This document shows positions 39,004 through 52,650 of a DNA stretch of 64,000 nt, piece after piece (the stretch's first letter is position 1; the number at the start of each line of letters is the position of its first letter). A program made the translations under genes and the position numbers. The DNA lies in NCBI RefSeq assembly GCF_009914755.1, contig NC_060932.1, one strand, 5' to 3'. The notes under the pieces are model-generated. The model saw nothing but the letters and a program-made list of their open reading frames with translations. It was not told the DNA's origin and made no database searches. The DNA comes from the human T2T-CHM13v2.0 reference genome, Homo sapiens.

Positions 39004-40024
39004 CACAGTTTTGTTAAGAAAGCCAACTGGTGAAGCATTATGCGGAAGTGAGAGCAATGCTTTATTCTATTTATTCCATGACTTAATAAAATATCCAGGT
39101 TCACTATTTAGGTGACTTTTTTTATAGCAGTCGAACGAATTATACAAATGTCAAGCAAAAAGTGAGATTGTGTTGTGTCTATGACAAATATTCTATGGAG
39201 AAGCAGGCTTTACTGTTGCTGCCTTAAATGTTAGATATTTTTCAATTTAATATGTAACCTTTTCTTTCCCATCTTCTCATTATGGTCTACTAGTTCTCCA
39301 TTTGTTATTTATAAGCGCGGACTTTCCTCAAATGCTCTGTATTCCACATCTCTAACTGCTTCACTAAACCTTTCTTAAAGAGCAGGGTGAGTTTGCAAGT
39401 AATTCAGAGAGGTAATCCAGAAGATGGATGATTGACCTGTGTATTACAGACAAAAATAGGATTGGTTCAGTTTTTGTTTAGACTCAACTGCTTGTCAAAG
39501 TTTTGAGGTGTTCACACTTTAACTCAAGTATTATTTAAGATCTATGGAATAAAAAAAAGCAAATATTATGCACAAAGCATTGTGCAAAAAAAAAAGACAA
39601 TGATATTGAGGCAAACTAGTGCATGAGTCCAACTCCTCAGTATAAATAAACAAGCATCTTAGAATCTAGAAGTGAATGAAAATCGAAGGAATCTTGATTA
39701 ATTTTCAACTCTGCAGAATATGCTACGTATGCCCCTTAACCATACTCTTCAAATAGTGACGATGAACTGAGAACATAGGTCAGGTTGTGCACAAGGTGAT
39801 GGTGAGGAGCCCAGTGGGGGAAAGCAAGGGACAGAGCCTGACACCAGCTGAGCTGTATGTTTTCTGCTAGTATTACAGTGGGTTGGTGAGGGAGAATGTC
39901 AGCTGTTGCCTTTTCCATCCCCAATACCTTTTTCCTGCTTTATTTCTATTACTGACTTTATTACCGTCACTTCCCAACATTGGGAAGTCGCTACTGCTTC
40001 CGAAGACAAGTTAATATAACAATG

Positions 40025-40235
40025 GGTGGCTCATATATTCTAGCAACAGAAGGCCAGGGTTTAAATCTTACTCAAGCGCTTTCTACCTGTACAGCCCTGG
40101 GCAAGCCAATTAAGCTTTCTAATGCTTTCTTGTCTAAAAAATGAGGAAACAGTGTATACCTCATTTTTGGAATATTTACGTGTCTTAAAGTGTTCATAAT
40201 GTCAAATTTATAGTGAGCAACTGTTAGGGGTACGA
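40025..40235 (+). mobile_element. MIR
   Basis: gggtttaaatc...ccctgggcaagcc...aaaatgagg. Confidence 0.7.
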
Positions 40236-40377
40236 TAATGCTAGTTCTCCTCTCCCTGAAGGATACCAGTGCCCATTCTTCTGAAAAAGAAGTGCCATTC
40301 ATCTCCCTTGCAGAATCCTTTTCATTTTATCAATCTAGTCACCTGGGATGCCTTCTATCCTCTATGTGCAGGTCCTT

Positions 40378-41040
40378 TTAACTTCATGCCTGAACTATTT
40401 CAATAGTCTCTTAACTTGTCTCTGATCTCCAGGTTCTTCCCCCTCCCATCTCTCTTGTTCACTGTTGCCAGACTAATCTTTCTAAAGTGTCCTTCTGACC
40501 CTGTCATTCTGCTGCTTAGAAATAGTTAAAAGATTTCTAACAAATACAAGAAAAATTCAAAACTGCTTGCTGACACAGCAGACCAGGCCTCACCCTAATA
40601 TGAACCAGATAGCATTTATTTCTTGAATCTGTTAAATTCCTGGTACTTTGCATGTATTTGCTCTAATCCTTAGAACAATATGGCAGGACAAGCACCAATT
40701 TTACAAGTAGGAAATGGAGAATCAAACAGGTTTGAGGACTGGACAAAATTCAAAAGCTAGAAGGTAGGGAAGTTTGAACTCCCATTTGGTTTTGTTCCCT
40801 ATCAAGTCTGTATTCTTCATTAACACACACTAACTCCCAAACAATTGTGCCCTCACATTATACTGCCTATATATCTATATTTCATGTGTTTCCAATTATT
40901 TGGTTACATGGTGGTATCCACTATCAGACTATGGGTTCCTAGCATGGAGGGATTACAATATCTTTTTCTTCTCTGTATCTCTTGGCACTTGCCCATAACA
41001 AATAGGACACTCAGTAAAGTATATAATAAATTAATGGATC
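40378..41040 (+). mobile_element. L2 pieces with an antisense MIR (~40612-40830) between them
   Basis: ctattttcaatagtctcttaact...gccagactaatctttctaaa; ccaattttacaagtaggaaat; cactcagtaaa. Confidence 0.6.
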
Positions 41041-41893
41041 AATTAATAATTAAAGACCCCCCAAAAAAAGACATTAGGAGCAATGTAAGATGGGCTTTGA
41101 GGGCCCACTGCAACCTGAGTGCAGTGTGGGTAACTGTATTTTGATGATGGAGAAGACATTAAAAGGTGTGAGAATTGTTTGTGAAAATCTAAATGAGAGA
41201 CTGAGCACTCAAATCTGTCCCCACATTTTAACTATATTTGTTTCCCTTCTTTCATACTAACAACATCTTATACTATAGTAGTTTAGCCTTTTTTTCTGTA
41301 TAAAACTAGAAGTCATACATTTTAAAATTACATTATGAGTTTTGCTTCTCCTCATGTTATATTCTGTCCTTAATAATAGTTGTGAAATGTAGTAGAGTTC
41401 AATTCCCTGTGGACTTTATATGACCTTGTGACTTCATAGCTTAAGGATGGGTCCTAATTGTAGCTTTGCTTTAGAAAGAAATAGTGTCATCTGCCTGTGG
41501 AAACACAAATAACTTTTTATTACCCGACTCTGTCACTCAAAGTCTAATCGTGACCATACAGAATACAGTCCAATCCAAGGTCTAATATTTAACTTTCAAT
41601 GTGTTGGGGTGGGTAGATGGATGTGGGTGTGTGGGTAGGATATCAATTTTATTTGGGTAACTGAGAAATGATGAGGGCATTAATTTCTGCAATTAGGATT
41701 TACAGGCATGTTTACAAATAATAATTTCATATCTTAAGTCAATAAAAAACAAAGTTCAACCAAATAAATTTAATTAGTCTAGTGACTCTCAAATTTAAAA
41801 AGAATAGCTAGCCCCAAGGGATTTTTCAAACTACCCTCTAATAAAAAGTAAGCTTGGTTGGTGCTTCAAAAATGTATAACTAAATTCCCTCCA

Positions 41894-41894
<1 letters not shown>

Positions 41895-41932
<38 letters not shown>
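41895..41932. repeat. (CA)19
   Basis: Read directly from the sequence. Confidence 0.97.
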
Positions 41933-41934
<2 letters not shown>

Positions 41935-43041
41935 GGGATTGCTGTAGTTGAGCAATTTCTTTGCAGAGGTCTATATTTTTACATTTTTAAGCATATTAAT
42001 TTCTCTTGCAGCAGAGAATTGGCAATACATCTTCTCACTATTCTTTGCCTTTCTGCAGTACAATGATTAGTGGAAAAAGTAAGGCAAAACTGCCCTTGGA
42101 AAACCAATTAATACCAGTTAAGCAGAGAAATGTTGACATTCACCTTAACTCAAAAACATTTCCCAGGCTTTGTTAACATATTTGATGATAAATAAAGGAA
42201 AAACAGAGACAAATGTAAAAAATAATCATGTAGTGACAGAAATAACAATACTAGAAGTAAAAGATAGATTCAGTATTTATTGGGACTTAGTAATTCAATT
42301 TCAGTCTCTGGAGTTTAGATTATTGATTATTTTCAGTCATAAAGAGTGAATAACTAAAATAAAAAACACCATGAAGCAGTAATGGTTATTTATCATGAGT
42401 GTAAAAATTATCTTATTTATTTTATTAGGCACTTTTCCATTCTCTTTATGAGAGGTAGTATATGTCTGCATTGCTACATAATTGGTTTCGGCTGCTAGCC
42501 ATCTGACAGTTAATTATATATTGCCTGTGTTGTGGTCCTAGGAGAGGTTCCAATACCTACCAGAATCTAGTTTGAAGCAGCTCTATCATGTAGTAAGAGA
42601 GAGAGTGCCTCCTTTATGAAAGAAATATGATTGATTTGCCCTATAGACATAGTAAAATTTATCTTTACATTTAAGATATTTCCATTTTAACCCTCTGCAA
42701 AGATAATAATTAAAAATTATTTATAAACCACAAATCTTTTAAATGTATCAATTAAAAATATTTTCTTGTTACTGGTCTTAAAACTCATATTTTATGGGAG
42801 AATAATTTGTCTCATTCTTATTACCTACTCTCAGTACAATTCTGTATGTGTATGTTTCAGCAAGGAAAACATTTCTAAATATACCTAATTAAAGTCACCA
42901 ATTAAAAAGAAATAAGGAAAATTATTACAGACATCCTGGGAAAAACAATAATACCACAGCTATTTTATTAAGGTAACTATATATACATATAACTTTTTAT
43001 CAAACTCAGACACTCAAGAGAAAAAGGAGATATTATTAATA

Positions 43042-43120
43042 TTAGATTAAACTACATAAAAATTGCTGTATTTATAGGCTAAAATGATCAAATACTGTTG
43101 ATGTCATATGGTTAACCTAT
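43042..43120. mobile_element. MADE2 (Hsmar2 MITE)
   Basis: ttagattaaactacat...aattgc...tcatatggttaacct: a ~80-bp imperfect palindrome flanked by TA. Confidence 0.7.
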
Positions 43121-43540
43121 ACTTACAAGGGGACAAAGGGAGAAAATAAAGAATGCCCCAAGCAAATTGGGATATGTACGTACCTTACTTTTCCTTCTGG
43201 AACTGTTTTAATTAATGAAGTATGGTACCAATCATATGAGGCTTGGTGTTGCGAATCAACTGCCTACTCTGTGCCCACATGAGAGATGTCTATTCCACAT
43301 ACAGCACTTCTCCATGCTTGCTTTTGATTTATAAATGGTGAACTTACCTAACTTCCTGTCATACTTTTATGTGCTGTCAGCTCCAGCTTAAAGCAAATAC
43401 ACTTTCTTTGCTTGTGGCCTGTATCTCCCTTTGCCTACCTATTTCTTCTTTTAATATTCCTCTTCCTTCTGCCTGTACCCTCCCACAGTATGCTGTGCCT
43501 ATCTCAGCCTTCAACTATTCTCTATTAAAATATACATGTT

Positions 43541-44450
43541 CAGAAGTGGAATTGGTGGATCACACAGTCATTCTGTTTTAGCTATCCAGGAAACCTCCTT
43601 CCTGGTTTTTTTTTTTTAATAATGGCTGTATTATTTGTACACCAAGAGTGTACAACACACACTCTCACCAACAGTTGTGAACTTTCACCTTTTTTTATGG
43701 TAGCCATTCTAATAGTTGAGAAGTGGTATCTTGTGGTTTTAACTTGTAACTCCCTGATGATTAGAGATATTGACTATTTTTTCATATACCTGTTGGCCTT
43801 TTGTATTTATTCTTTGAAATCAGTATGCAGAAGAGATATCTGCAGTCCCATGTTAATTGCAACATTATCTACAATAGCCAAGATTTGGAAACAAACTTAA
43901 GTGCCCATCGAAAGATGAGTGAATTTTTTAAAATGTGTTTTAAATATACATAATTGAATACTACTTAGCCTTTTGAAAGAATAAAATTCTGTCATTTCTG
44001 ACAATATGGATGAATCTAGAGGATGTTATGATAAGTGAAATAAACCAGAAAGAGAAAGGCAAATATCACATAATCTCACATATATGTGGAATCTAAAAAT
44101 TTGAACTCATAAAAGTAGAGATAGTAGAATGGTGGTTGTGAGGGGTGGGCAGGGTAAGGGAAATGCTGGTCAAAGGGTATAAAGTTTCAGTTAGAGAGTA
44201 GGAATGCATTCTGGTGATCAGTTGCACAGCACAGTGGCTATAGTTAATTATAATAAATTGTATATTTCAAAATTGCTGAAAGAGGGGATTTTAAATGTTC
44301 TCACTACAAAGAAATGGTAAATATGTGAGGTGATTAATATACTAATTAAAATAATTTACATAGTCCATGATGTATCCATGTATTACAGTATTACATTGTA
44401 CCTCCTAAATATATACAATTATTAATTATCAATAAAAATAAAATTAAAAA
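43541..44450 (+). mobile_element. L1MA4-6-type L1 with a 5' inversion (inverted part 43541-43815)
   Basis: Antisense ORF2 followed by sense tgaaatcagtatg... through the A-rich tail. TSD AAAA(T/A)ATACATGT(T/C)CA at ~43527-43542 and ~44447-44462. Confidence 0.88.
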
Positions 44451-44793
44451 AATACATGTCCACTGGCTGCAAGGACAGGCTAAGTAATTGGCTATATCAT
44501 CTATTAAACTAATTTGTATAACAATATTAATGAATAATTCAAACCTAATTTGTTGCTTTACTTAGATGAAAAATTTGCATATTAACAAAACTCTTTAGTA
44601 GTCTGTAGCAAAGAAGTGATAAGCCCAGTGATGTTAAACATGTTGGTGGGCCAGGTGGTGAGGTATCTTAGAGTGAACGCATCTTTTTCACTATCTTCAA
44701 ATAAAATCTTATAGATATTTGACAAAGAATAGTCAAATAATGTCAGGCTTATCATTAATTATTACTTTATGCTGTTAACAATATAGTACACAG

Positions 44794-45109
<316 letters not shown>

Positions 45110-45352
45110 TTATCATCCATGCAACCTAATGATAGAGAGACCCTAAATATTCGTATCACATTCAGGGTGTTTATTTAATACCCCATTACAAATACAACTA
45201 ATTAAATTAATTTAATATGTTGGGTGACTAATTATATTTCTCTTTCCACATCTTAATATAGATGATTTCTAAATATTATAAAGGATTCCCAAGCAGGACT
45301 ACTTGAAAATGTGAGCCAGGAAATCTCAGTTCCTACAGTATCAAATAAAATG

Positions 45353-45704
45353 GTATATTAATTTGGTAGGGCTCCCCTAATAAAGATAACAAAGTACCAC
45401 AGACAGTGTGGCTTAAACAACAGGAATTTATTTTCTTAAAATTCTGGAGGCTAGATGTCAGAAATCAAGGAATTGGCAGGGTAGGTTTCTTCTGAGCCTC
45501 TCTCCTTGACTTCCAAATGGTGACCTTCCCACTGTGTCTTCACATGGTCTTCCCTCTAAATGTGTCTCCGTCCTAATGTTTTCTTCTTATAAGGACACCA
45601 GTCATATTGGATTTGGGCTCACCTTAATGATCTTATTTTAACTTAATTACCTCTTTAAAGACTCTACATCCAAATACAGTCATTCTGAAGTATGGGATAT
45701 AACA
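45353..45704 (-). mobile_element. MLT1 (MLT1A/B-type) MaLR LTR
   Basis: aacaaagtaccacagac...ttctggaggctaga...cttataaggacaccagtcatattgga...ataaca. Confidence 0.88.
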
Positions 45705-45715
45705 GACGGTATGAG

Positions 45716-45801
45716 TTCATTGGTAAGGTACTATACCTATTACCAAAGGGTAGGTAGCATAGTACCTTTGGTAGTAGGTAGGGTAGTACCTTTCCAATGA
45801 A
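45716..45801. repeat. Imperfect inverted repeat (34-bp arms, 15-nt loop)
   Basis: 45716-45733 pairs with 45784-45801 (17/18). 45734-45749 pairs with 45765-45780 (15/16 plus one G-T). GGG bulge. Confidence 0.9.
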
Positions 45802-46139
45802 AAACATGATTTGGTTTGAAAATCGATCAGACTTTATTCCTAAACCTAGTTTACAGAAAGAGAAAAACCCATTCTGCAATATTAGTGGACATGATTATTT
45901 AAAGGCAGAAAGCACCACCAGCCCATTCTCTGTGATTGCAACTAGACAATGTAATTAAGTCATTTTAAAATCGCTGTGATATGTAGTCTCAGAAGTTGTT
46001 TTTCTGTGAAAAAAAATTCCAATAAGCAAGGAGAAATTCTAGATACCCAATGCATTTTCCAATTGATATTTAACTCAGGGCAAAAGATATAACATGATAG
46101 GGTACTGGATTTGAATGCTATCTCCATGGCAATGTTAGT

Positions 46140-46345
46140 TATAGTCTGACCTATAGATGACCTAATTTTTAATTTCCTTATCAATAAAATGAGGATAATT
46201 GTTTATACTTCAAAAAATTGTTTATAGGCGTTCAAGACCAGCTTGAACAGCATAGCAAGACCTCACCTCAAAAATATTAAATAACTAAACACATAAAATT
46301 TTTAAAAAGTTGTCTTGAGAATTGAACTAATGAACTAATAGTAGC
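46140..46345 (+). mobile_element. MIR containing a 5'-truncated FLAM/AluJ left-arm fragment (46226-46275)
   Basis: tttccttatcaataaaatgaggataat; gttcaagaccagcttgaacagcatagcaagacct; AAAAA(A/G)TTGT flanks. Confidence 0.65.
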
Positions 46346-47869
46346 AGATAGTCAAATAATGCTTGTCCCCTTCTCTTCTTTTTTACATTTAATTTGGGCA
46401 ATATTCAACTGATCCTTCATACTGAAAATCAAAACAGCTTTAAGGTACCTCTTTAAAACAAGGCTTTCAGAGAATAAAGATACCCACCTATTGATAACAT
46501 AGGCCTTGAGATAATCTGGCTCAGCATATACCAAAATAATATCCTGCAATATGGAGAATATAAATGTACTTTATTGTGTCTCCTCTGAAAAACAGAATTC
46601 ATTGCCCATTTGTATGTTTAAAATCTGAGAGGGAAAATCCCAAGGTCAAGATAGGACACACTTTCATACAGATCACCAATAGGGAAATTAAGTAGAATGG
46701 GATAATTTGATAAGGTTCCCCCAGAAACCACAAATAAAGGCAATGCTCACACAATCATATAAATTATCCTGGAAGTGGTCTGTCCAATAAGAAAAGGGTG
46801 TTTATTACATATTGGTAATAAATAAATTATTAATGAATGAACAAGTGAGCCTGCATGGAGCTGTTCCGGTTGTGCTATATGCTTAACACATTCAGTTTCT
46901 GAGGAGCTGAGGAAAAGTCCCTAAGATGAAGTGATTAGTGCCCACATCTACCTCTGAGGGTTGATATAAAATTTCATGCCAAGTAAATGTAGCAGGAAGC
47001 CCTTTAACTTCATCTCTCCTTTTTGCTTTTACTCTGGATGATCTACTCTGTAATTGCTACAGGGCTGTAAGGGATGTTAGCCAGAAATAAAAATGCAATT
47101 TGAGTTAGAATCTAAAATCTGAGACCATGACAATGTCAAGAAAAAAACATTTCCAAAGCAAAGATCATGGTTTGATTACATTTCTATTTATTCATCATCA
47201 TCCCACATAGTAATTTTTACTTATAAACATTTGAGATATGCCTATTACAGTTATGTAATGTTTCAAATTACACATAATATGGCCTGAGCTGTGTCTAAAT
47301 AACCTACTGTTATAAGTTCTCTATTTGCACAATGCTGTACAATAGTTTCATGTAAGGCTTCTTTTTTATTCTTTGGTTTTCTTTTGTTTAGTTTCAGTAA
47401 AGGATGGCTTATAAAAGAACATGAGGATTTTGAAACAAAGAAATTCTCTGAGACAAAAAAAGTGCTACTTATTTCAACATAGCAAACAGAACTTCTGTAA
47501 ATTGATAAAAAAAATCATTCATCCGTTTTAAGTGTGTTTTCAAAACAAGCTTTTGGCCTTTGGTCCCCACAAAACCAAACAAATATAATTCAAGTTTAAC
47601 ATAATTTTTTTAAATCTAGAAAAATAGTTAACTCGCTTATATGAATATTCCTGAAGCACAGAGGACAGTCCTTTTCTTTCTGAATTCCTAGATTCTAGCA
47701 GGGGTGTCTGTAATATAGAGAATGGTCAATGTTTGTTAATTTTTCTTCAATGCTGTGTTAAAAAAATAAATTTTAAGATCATTCATTTAGATTTCCCTTA
47801 TAATTTACATAGTTGGATATACACAGTAAAAAAAATATTAATAATTGCTGGTTTGGGTGTTTAAAAACA

Positions 47870-47992
47870 TTTTTTTAGAGACGGGTGTCTCACTATGTTA
47901 CCCAGGCTGGATTCAAACTCCTGGGCTCAAGCAATCCTCCCACTTCAGCCTTTCAAGTAACTGGGACTACAAGTGCATGCCACCATACCCCA
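47870..47992 (-). mobile_element. FLAM (Alu left monomer)
   Basis: gtctcactatgttacccaggctgg..caaactcctgggctcaagcaatcctccc...ctgggactaca. Confidence 0.88.
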
Positions 47993-48735
47993 CCTACTAA
48001 TTGTTGATCTTTAAACCATCTCCCAAAGTAGAAAATCATGAAGTAATTAATGCATTGAAATTAACATTGTTTTAGAGTGCTTCAGTTACAAATGAACAAA
48101 TAAAAGACATAACCTTGCAAGCTAAAAAATTTTTACAGGAAAAGATCCTTAATGTTTCACTATTTAAATTTAAGACATACTAGTATATTCATTACAAAAA
48201 TTATCGAAAGGCCATTTAGCTATTTATGGATAACAACACTTTATTGAACATATCTCTTGTCATTCACGCTTCGACTAATCCTAAATCTGGAGAGAAGCAA
48301 TTACAAATGCCTTCATAATTAAGAGGTAATCCAAATAGGGGAAATATTTTAACATTTAAGTACTAAAAAAATCTTTGATCTCTATTGTGCTTCAGCCACT
48401 AGCATGGTAAGATAATTGATTAGAAAACAGTGATACACACACAAGATTGATAAAACAGATACTCAAAACCTAGAAAACAAGAAAAGTGTTTAGAGATGAA
48501 TTAATACGTTGTCTCCTTTTGCATTATCCTCATGTTCATTGATTCTGGGGACAGTAACAGCAAATATTTTTGATCCATTACTTTACACTTTGGGATTCTT
48601 CTTTGTTTTTAATTATATTTTGGTATTTTAAGAGAATACCTTACAACACATTGATTATGAATTCATGCTTTTATCACACAAATATTTGTTAAAAACTTAC
48701 CATGTGGCAAGTGCTACTGTATATACCCCATACTT

Positions 48736-48739
<4 letters not shown>

Positions 48740-48766
<27 letters not shown>

Positions 48767-48775
48767 GTACACACA
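48740..48775. repeat. (CA)n
   Basis: Read directly from the sequence. Confidence 0.95.
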
Positions 48776-48822
48776 TTTAATTTATTGTCTCACATTTGTT
48801 CATAAGTGTCTCAGCATCTGTC

Positions 48823-49126
48823 TTTTTTTTCCTTTCTATTTTTTTTTTAAGACACGGTCTCACTCTGTCTCTTGTGGAGTGCAGTGCCATGATCTTAAGC
48901 TCACTGCAGGCTTGACCTCCTGGCTCAAGCAATCCTCCCACCTCAGCCTCCCAAGGAGCTTAGGACCACAGGAGAAAGCCATCACACATGGCTTTCGTCT
49001 TATTATTTGTAGAGGCTAGTCTTGCTATGTTGCCCAGGCTGGTCTCAAACTCCTGGCCTCAACCATTCCTCCCACCTCGGTCTCCCAAAGCACTGGGATT
49101 ACAGGTGTGAGCTACTGTACCCAGCC
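48823..49126 (-). mobile_element. AluJ
   Basis: ctcaagcaatcctcccacctcagcctccc, tcttgctatgttgcccaggctgg. Confidence 0.9.
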
Positions 49127-50329
49127 TGTTTATTCATTTAGTAACACAACAAAACTACACATTTCTGTAGAGGAGGAAATAATTTTTTATTTCTAGTAAT
49201 TACTCTTGAGCATATGGGGCTACAATTAAAGAGTGATAATTGTTTAAAATACAATTACTCCAAGGAAACAGAAACATCTGAATCCCTTGCTCAAGTGACT
49301 CCCCACCTCAGTGTGTCAGGGATTATATACTAACAATTAATAAGGCAAAATACTCTTTATTAAGTACTAAGGGTATTGGTTGCAAAAAGTCAAATCCCAT
49401 GTAGAACCTCTTTCCTTCTAGGTAGGCCTGAAAGGCCAAGACTCAAAGCAGAGCAAATGACTCTGTCTTTATTTTTACACCAAATCCTAAATGTGAAACC
49501 AAAGTCTTAGATCTCTATGGACATCTAAGCAGCCACCTGAGGGAAAGAACTAAAACAAAGGGAAGCACTAAATACAGGACTAACATTTCCCCAGTGCCTA
49601 GAGAGGAGTTCCTCCAGGATGCCTGACCTCGACTTCCCAAAGGCCAGTAAGATAAAGAGAAATGAATGGACAGTTCTCCTTCAGCAGAATTTACTTAGGA
49701 AAAATGAGGAACCCCATAAGGACCATTTATAATGTTGAAACTCCCTCAGCAACCTGCAATCATTAGCACAGTAGCCAATAATGACTTTAAGTCTTACCAA
49801 ATCACAGTTATTCTTTGGGAGTGGAGAACAATAGGGAAATAGCAAGGGATAAAGAGGAAGTTTGAGGTTCTCCTCTGCTAAGTTTCAGTAGCTACAAAAT
49901 TCATAGTAATATGAAGAAGACAGCATAAAGTCAGCAAGTAATTTAATCTTTCTTACAGATTCCTTATATATCCATGATTCTTGGAAATGTATATCACAAG
50001 GCTATATCCAAAATATATCAATGTATATGTGTCTCTAAAATATTTTAGCCAATCCATACATTTTGACTATCCAATTTCATTCATAAGAGCCCATCAGTAA
50101 GAATCCATCATGGTCATTACCAAATGTGAAGTGTTTATGCAGGTATCATTAACAAACCCCTGTTAGTAATTGCCTCTACAGTTGGTCTTTCTGCCTTTCT
50201 GACAATTCCTGGAGTGTAATTTTTCAGCTTCAGCAACTAACTGCCCCTACAGTTGAGGCTGGGATAAGCACATACATAGATAATATCACCCTGTCCATTC
50301 CCACTTTTTAAGATTACAGACATTATAAC

Positions 50330-50475
50330 AACTACATAAAATTATATTTTACATTTATTCTCTCTTGTTTAGTTATTTTTAAAGTAGAAAAAGAGCTTCT
50401 TCAGTACCGAGAGCAGTGTCTAGCATATAGTGAGTATACAATTTTTTGAAAGAATAAATGAATCAATAAATGAAA
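50330..50475 (+). mobile_element. L2 3' end
   Basis: cagtgtctagcatatagt...gaataaatgaat. Confidence 0.6.
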
Positions 50476-52329
50476 TAGACAAGAAAATATGTATAATTCA
50501 GCTTAGATTTAACTACATTTAATAAACTCATTTCACAAATACTTCTTGAGTAAATTTGGAAAGTTATCAATCACTACTTAGGCAAACCTCAACGTTGTGT
50601 TTATAACTTTTTCTTTCTTTAATTGGCTACAGAGTCAGGAATTAAAGTAGTCTCTTGAATAGCCTCTTGTATTTATATTTTATTTGTTTAAAGCCAATTA
50701 TAATGCTTCTTGTCACTTTCTTAATTGAAACACTCTCTAATCTCTACTTAATTTTACAAGTATTTATCTCCAATATTTAAAGTTCAGAAAAGAATTTCCT
50801 TTTTTAATATAATTATTTTTGTTTATAAGGTTCTGTATAGTTTAAACTGTGTCATTGAGGAAGGATGCCTAGAAATCATACTGCATTAACAATATCTCAT
50901 CTCTTGATGGGATATTTATAGGATCAGTAAAATGCTATCATAGTAAACATTCACCCACCACAACTCTCTTCCACCACTCCAACTTCATGCCTCCAATCTG
51001 TAAAAATTTATTTAAGACTGACGTGGATTTTAATAATTAGATTCTATTGCAAAATGTGACTATGCTCAAAATCTGTGTAAGCGACCTAAAGAAAATAAGT
51101 TTTCCTCTCCATCTCTAATTTGAAACACTGTCAATACAATTTGCAGCTAGCAAAAGCAGTACAAATATGGATATACACTAGTTTCTCCACACCATTATTT
51201 AGGATTTACTAAGTTTATTGTAAACTTTAGGATTTTCCTCTTTTAACATTATCACAAAAGAAAAAGAATGCTCTGTATTTAATAATTAGGCAATCTGAAT
51301 TTCTATAATGAAATTGATATTCATATTTTTCTTAGTGTTTTATGACTTCCACCTTGCAAAAACAAATTTATCACATTTTGATAATGTCATAAAAATCATA
51401 TGCAACTTACCATTTTAAATACTAATACTACTTCCAATACCATCGATAATTACTTCCAAACACTATTTATTAGATTTGGGATTTGGTCTCTGAGAAGTAT
51501 CCTCACATTCTTTTAAGCAAATTTCCATCATTTTCTATTCTATGGCCCAGTAGAGCCTACAGTGAAAAAGAATATTGTTCATCAGTTTTATTTATATGAG
51601 CTATCAAATTTCCGGTGGATTTGGAGATAGTGAGAACTACTATTTCTGAGCATTTAAGTGCTTTGATGACCTTTAAACCATTAGCATTGAGAAATTTTAT
51701 TGCCTTCTTGAGGACTTGGTAAGCTTTTCATCAATTTGGTACAGAGCTTACCATTTTGCTCAGTTGCAGTAAGAGTGATTCTTTTCCTGGGCTAGGAACA
51801 CCAAAACTCGTGCAAGTTTATAATAGGTCTCAAACCTGTCCAGGATATTAAACTCAAAACTGATCCAGATTAAATTACAGATTTAATTCTCAAAACTGTC
51901 CGAGAGATTAAAACTACCTAATGATTTACTCTTTCAGAGCATAACAGCTATTGTTAGTTAAAGGTGAAATAAAATAATTGGTGAAAGATTCGCTTAAGTG
52001 ATGACTGTCTCACACATAAGAATTCCTTAAAAAATAGAGAAAATTGATATGTATAAAAAAGCTTAATGTATTAAAAGTACAAAAACAGGTAAACACAGTC
52101 CTTTTTAAATATTAATGAAACCATTATAATTAATAGTAGTATTATTTTATCTTCAAGACAATCTGACATCTCAAGTCTTTACTTATCTCTTTTTATTTTT
52201 ATTTTTAAACTGATGACTTCACAAAATGTGAGGAAAGAGAGGCTCCTATTTTTTACTGCAAATCAGTTCTAAAAGGGATAAGACACAATTTCTAGGAAGT
52301 TAATGAAGCTAAAAAGACAATGCACACTT

Positions 52330-52650
52330 ATACATATCAAAACATGGATGAATCTCACAAATAAACACAGCATTAAGCAAAAGAAGTCAGATGCAAAAGC
52401 ATACATACTATATGATTTGATTTATCTCAAATTCATATACATGCAAAACTAATCTATGATGTTAGAATCATTATAACAGTTAACTTTGGGAAAGCGGGTA
52501 GTGATTTGAAAGGCATATAAGAGAGGTTTCCAAGGTACTATTAATGCTCTATTTCTTGACCTGGATGCAAATTACAAAGTTATGTTCATTTTGTGAAAAT
52601 TCATTGAACCCTTCATTTGTGATTTGTGCACATTTTTCAGTACCTGTTTT
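52330..52650 (+). mobile_element. L1ME3/4-type 3' end
   Basis: catggatgaatctcacaaa...aagaagtcaga...ctaatctatgatgttag...tttcttgacctgg...tttgtgaaaattcattga. Confidence 0.8.
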
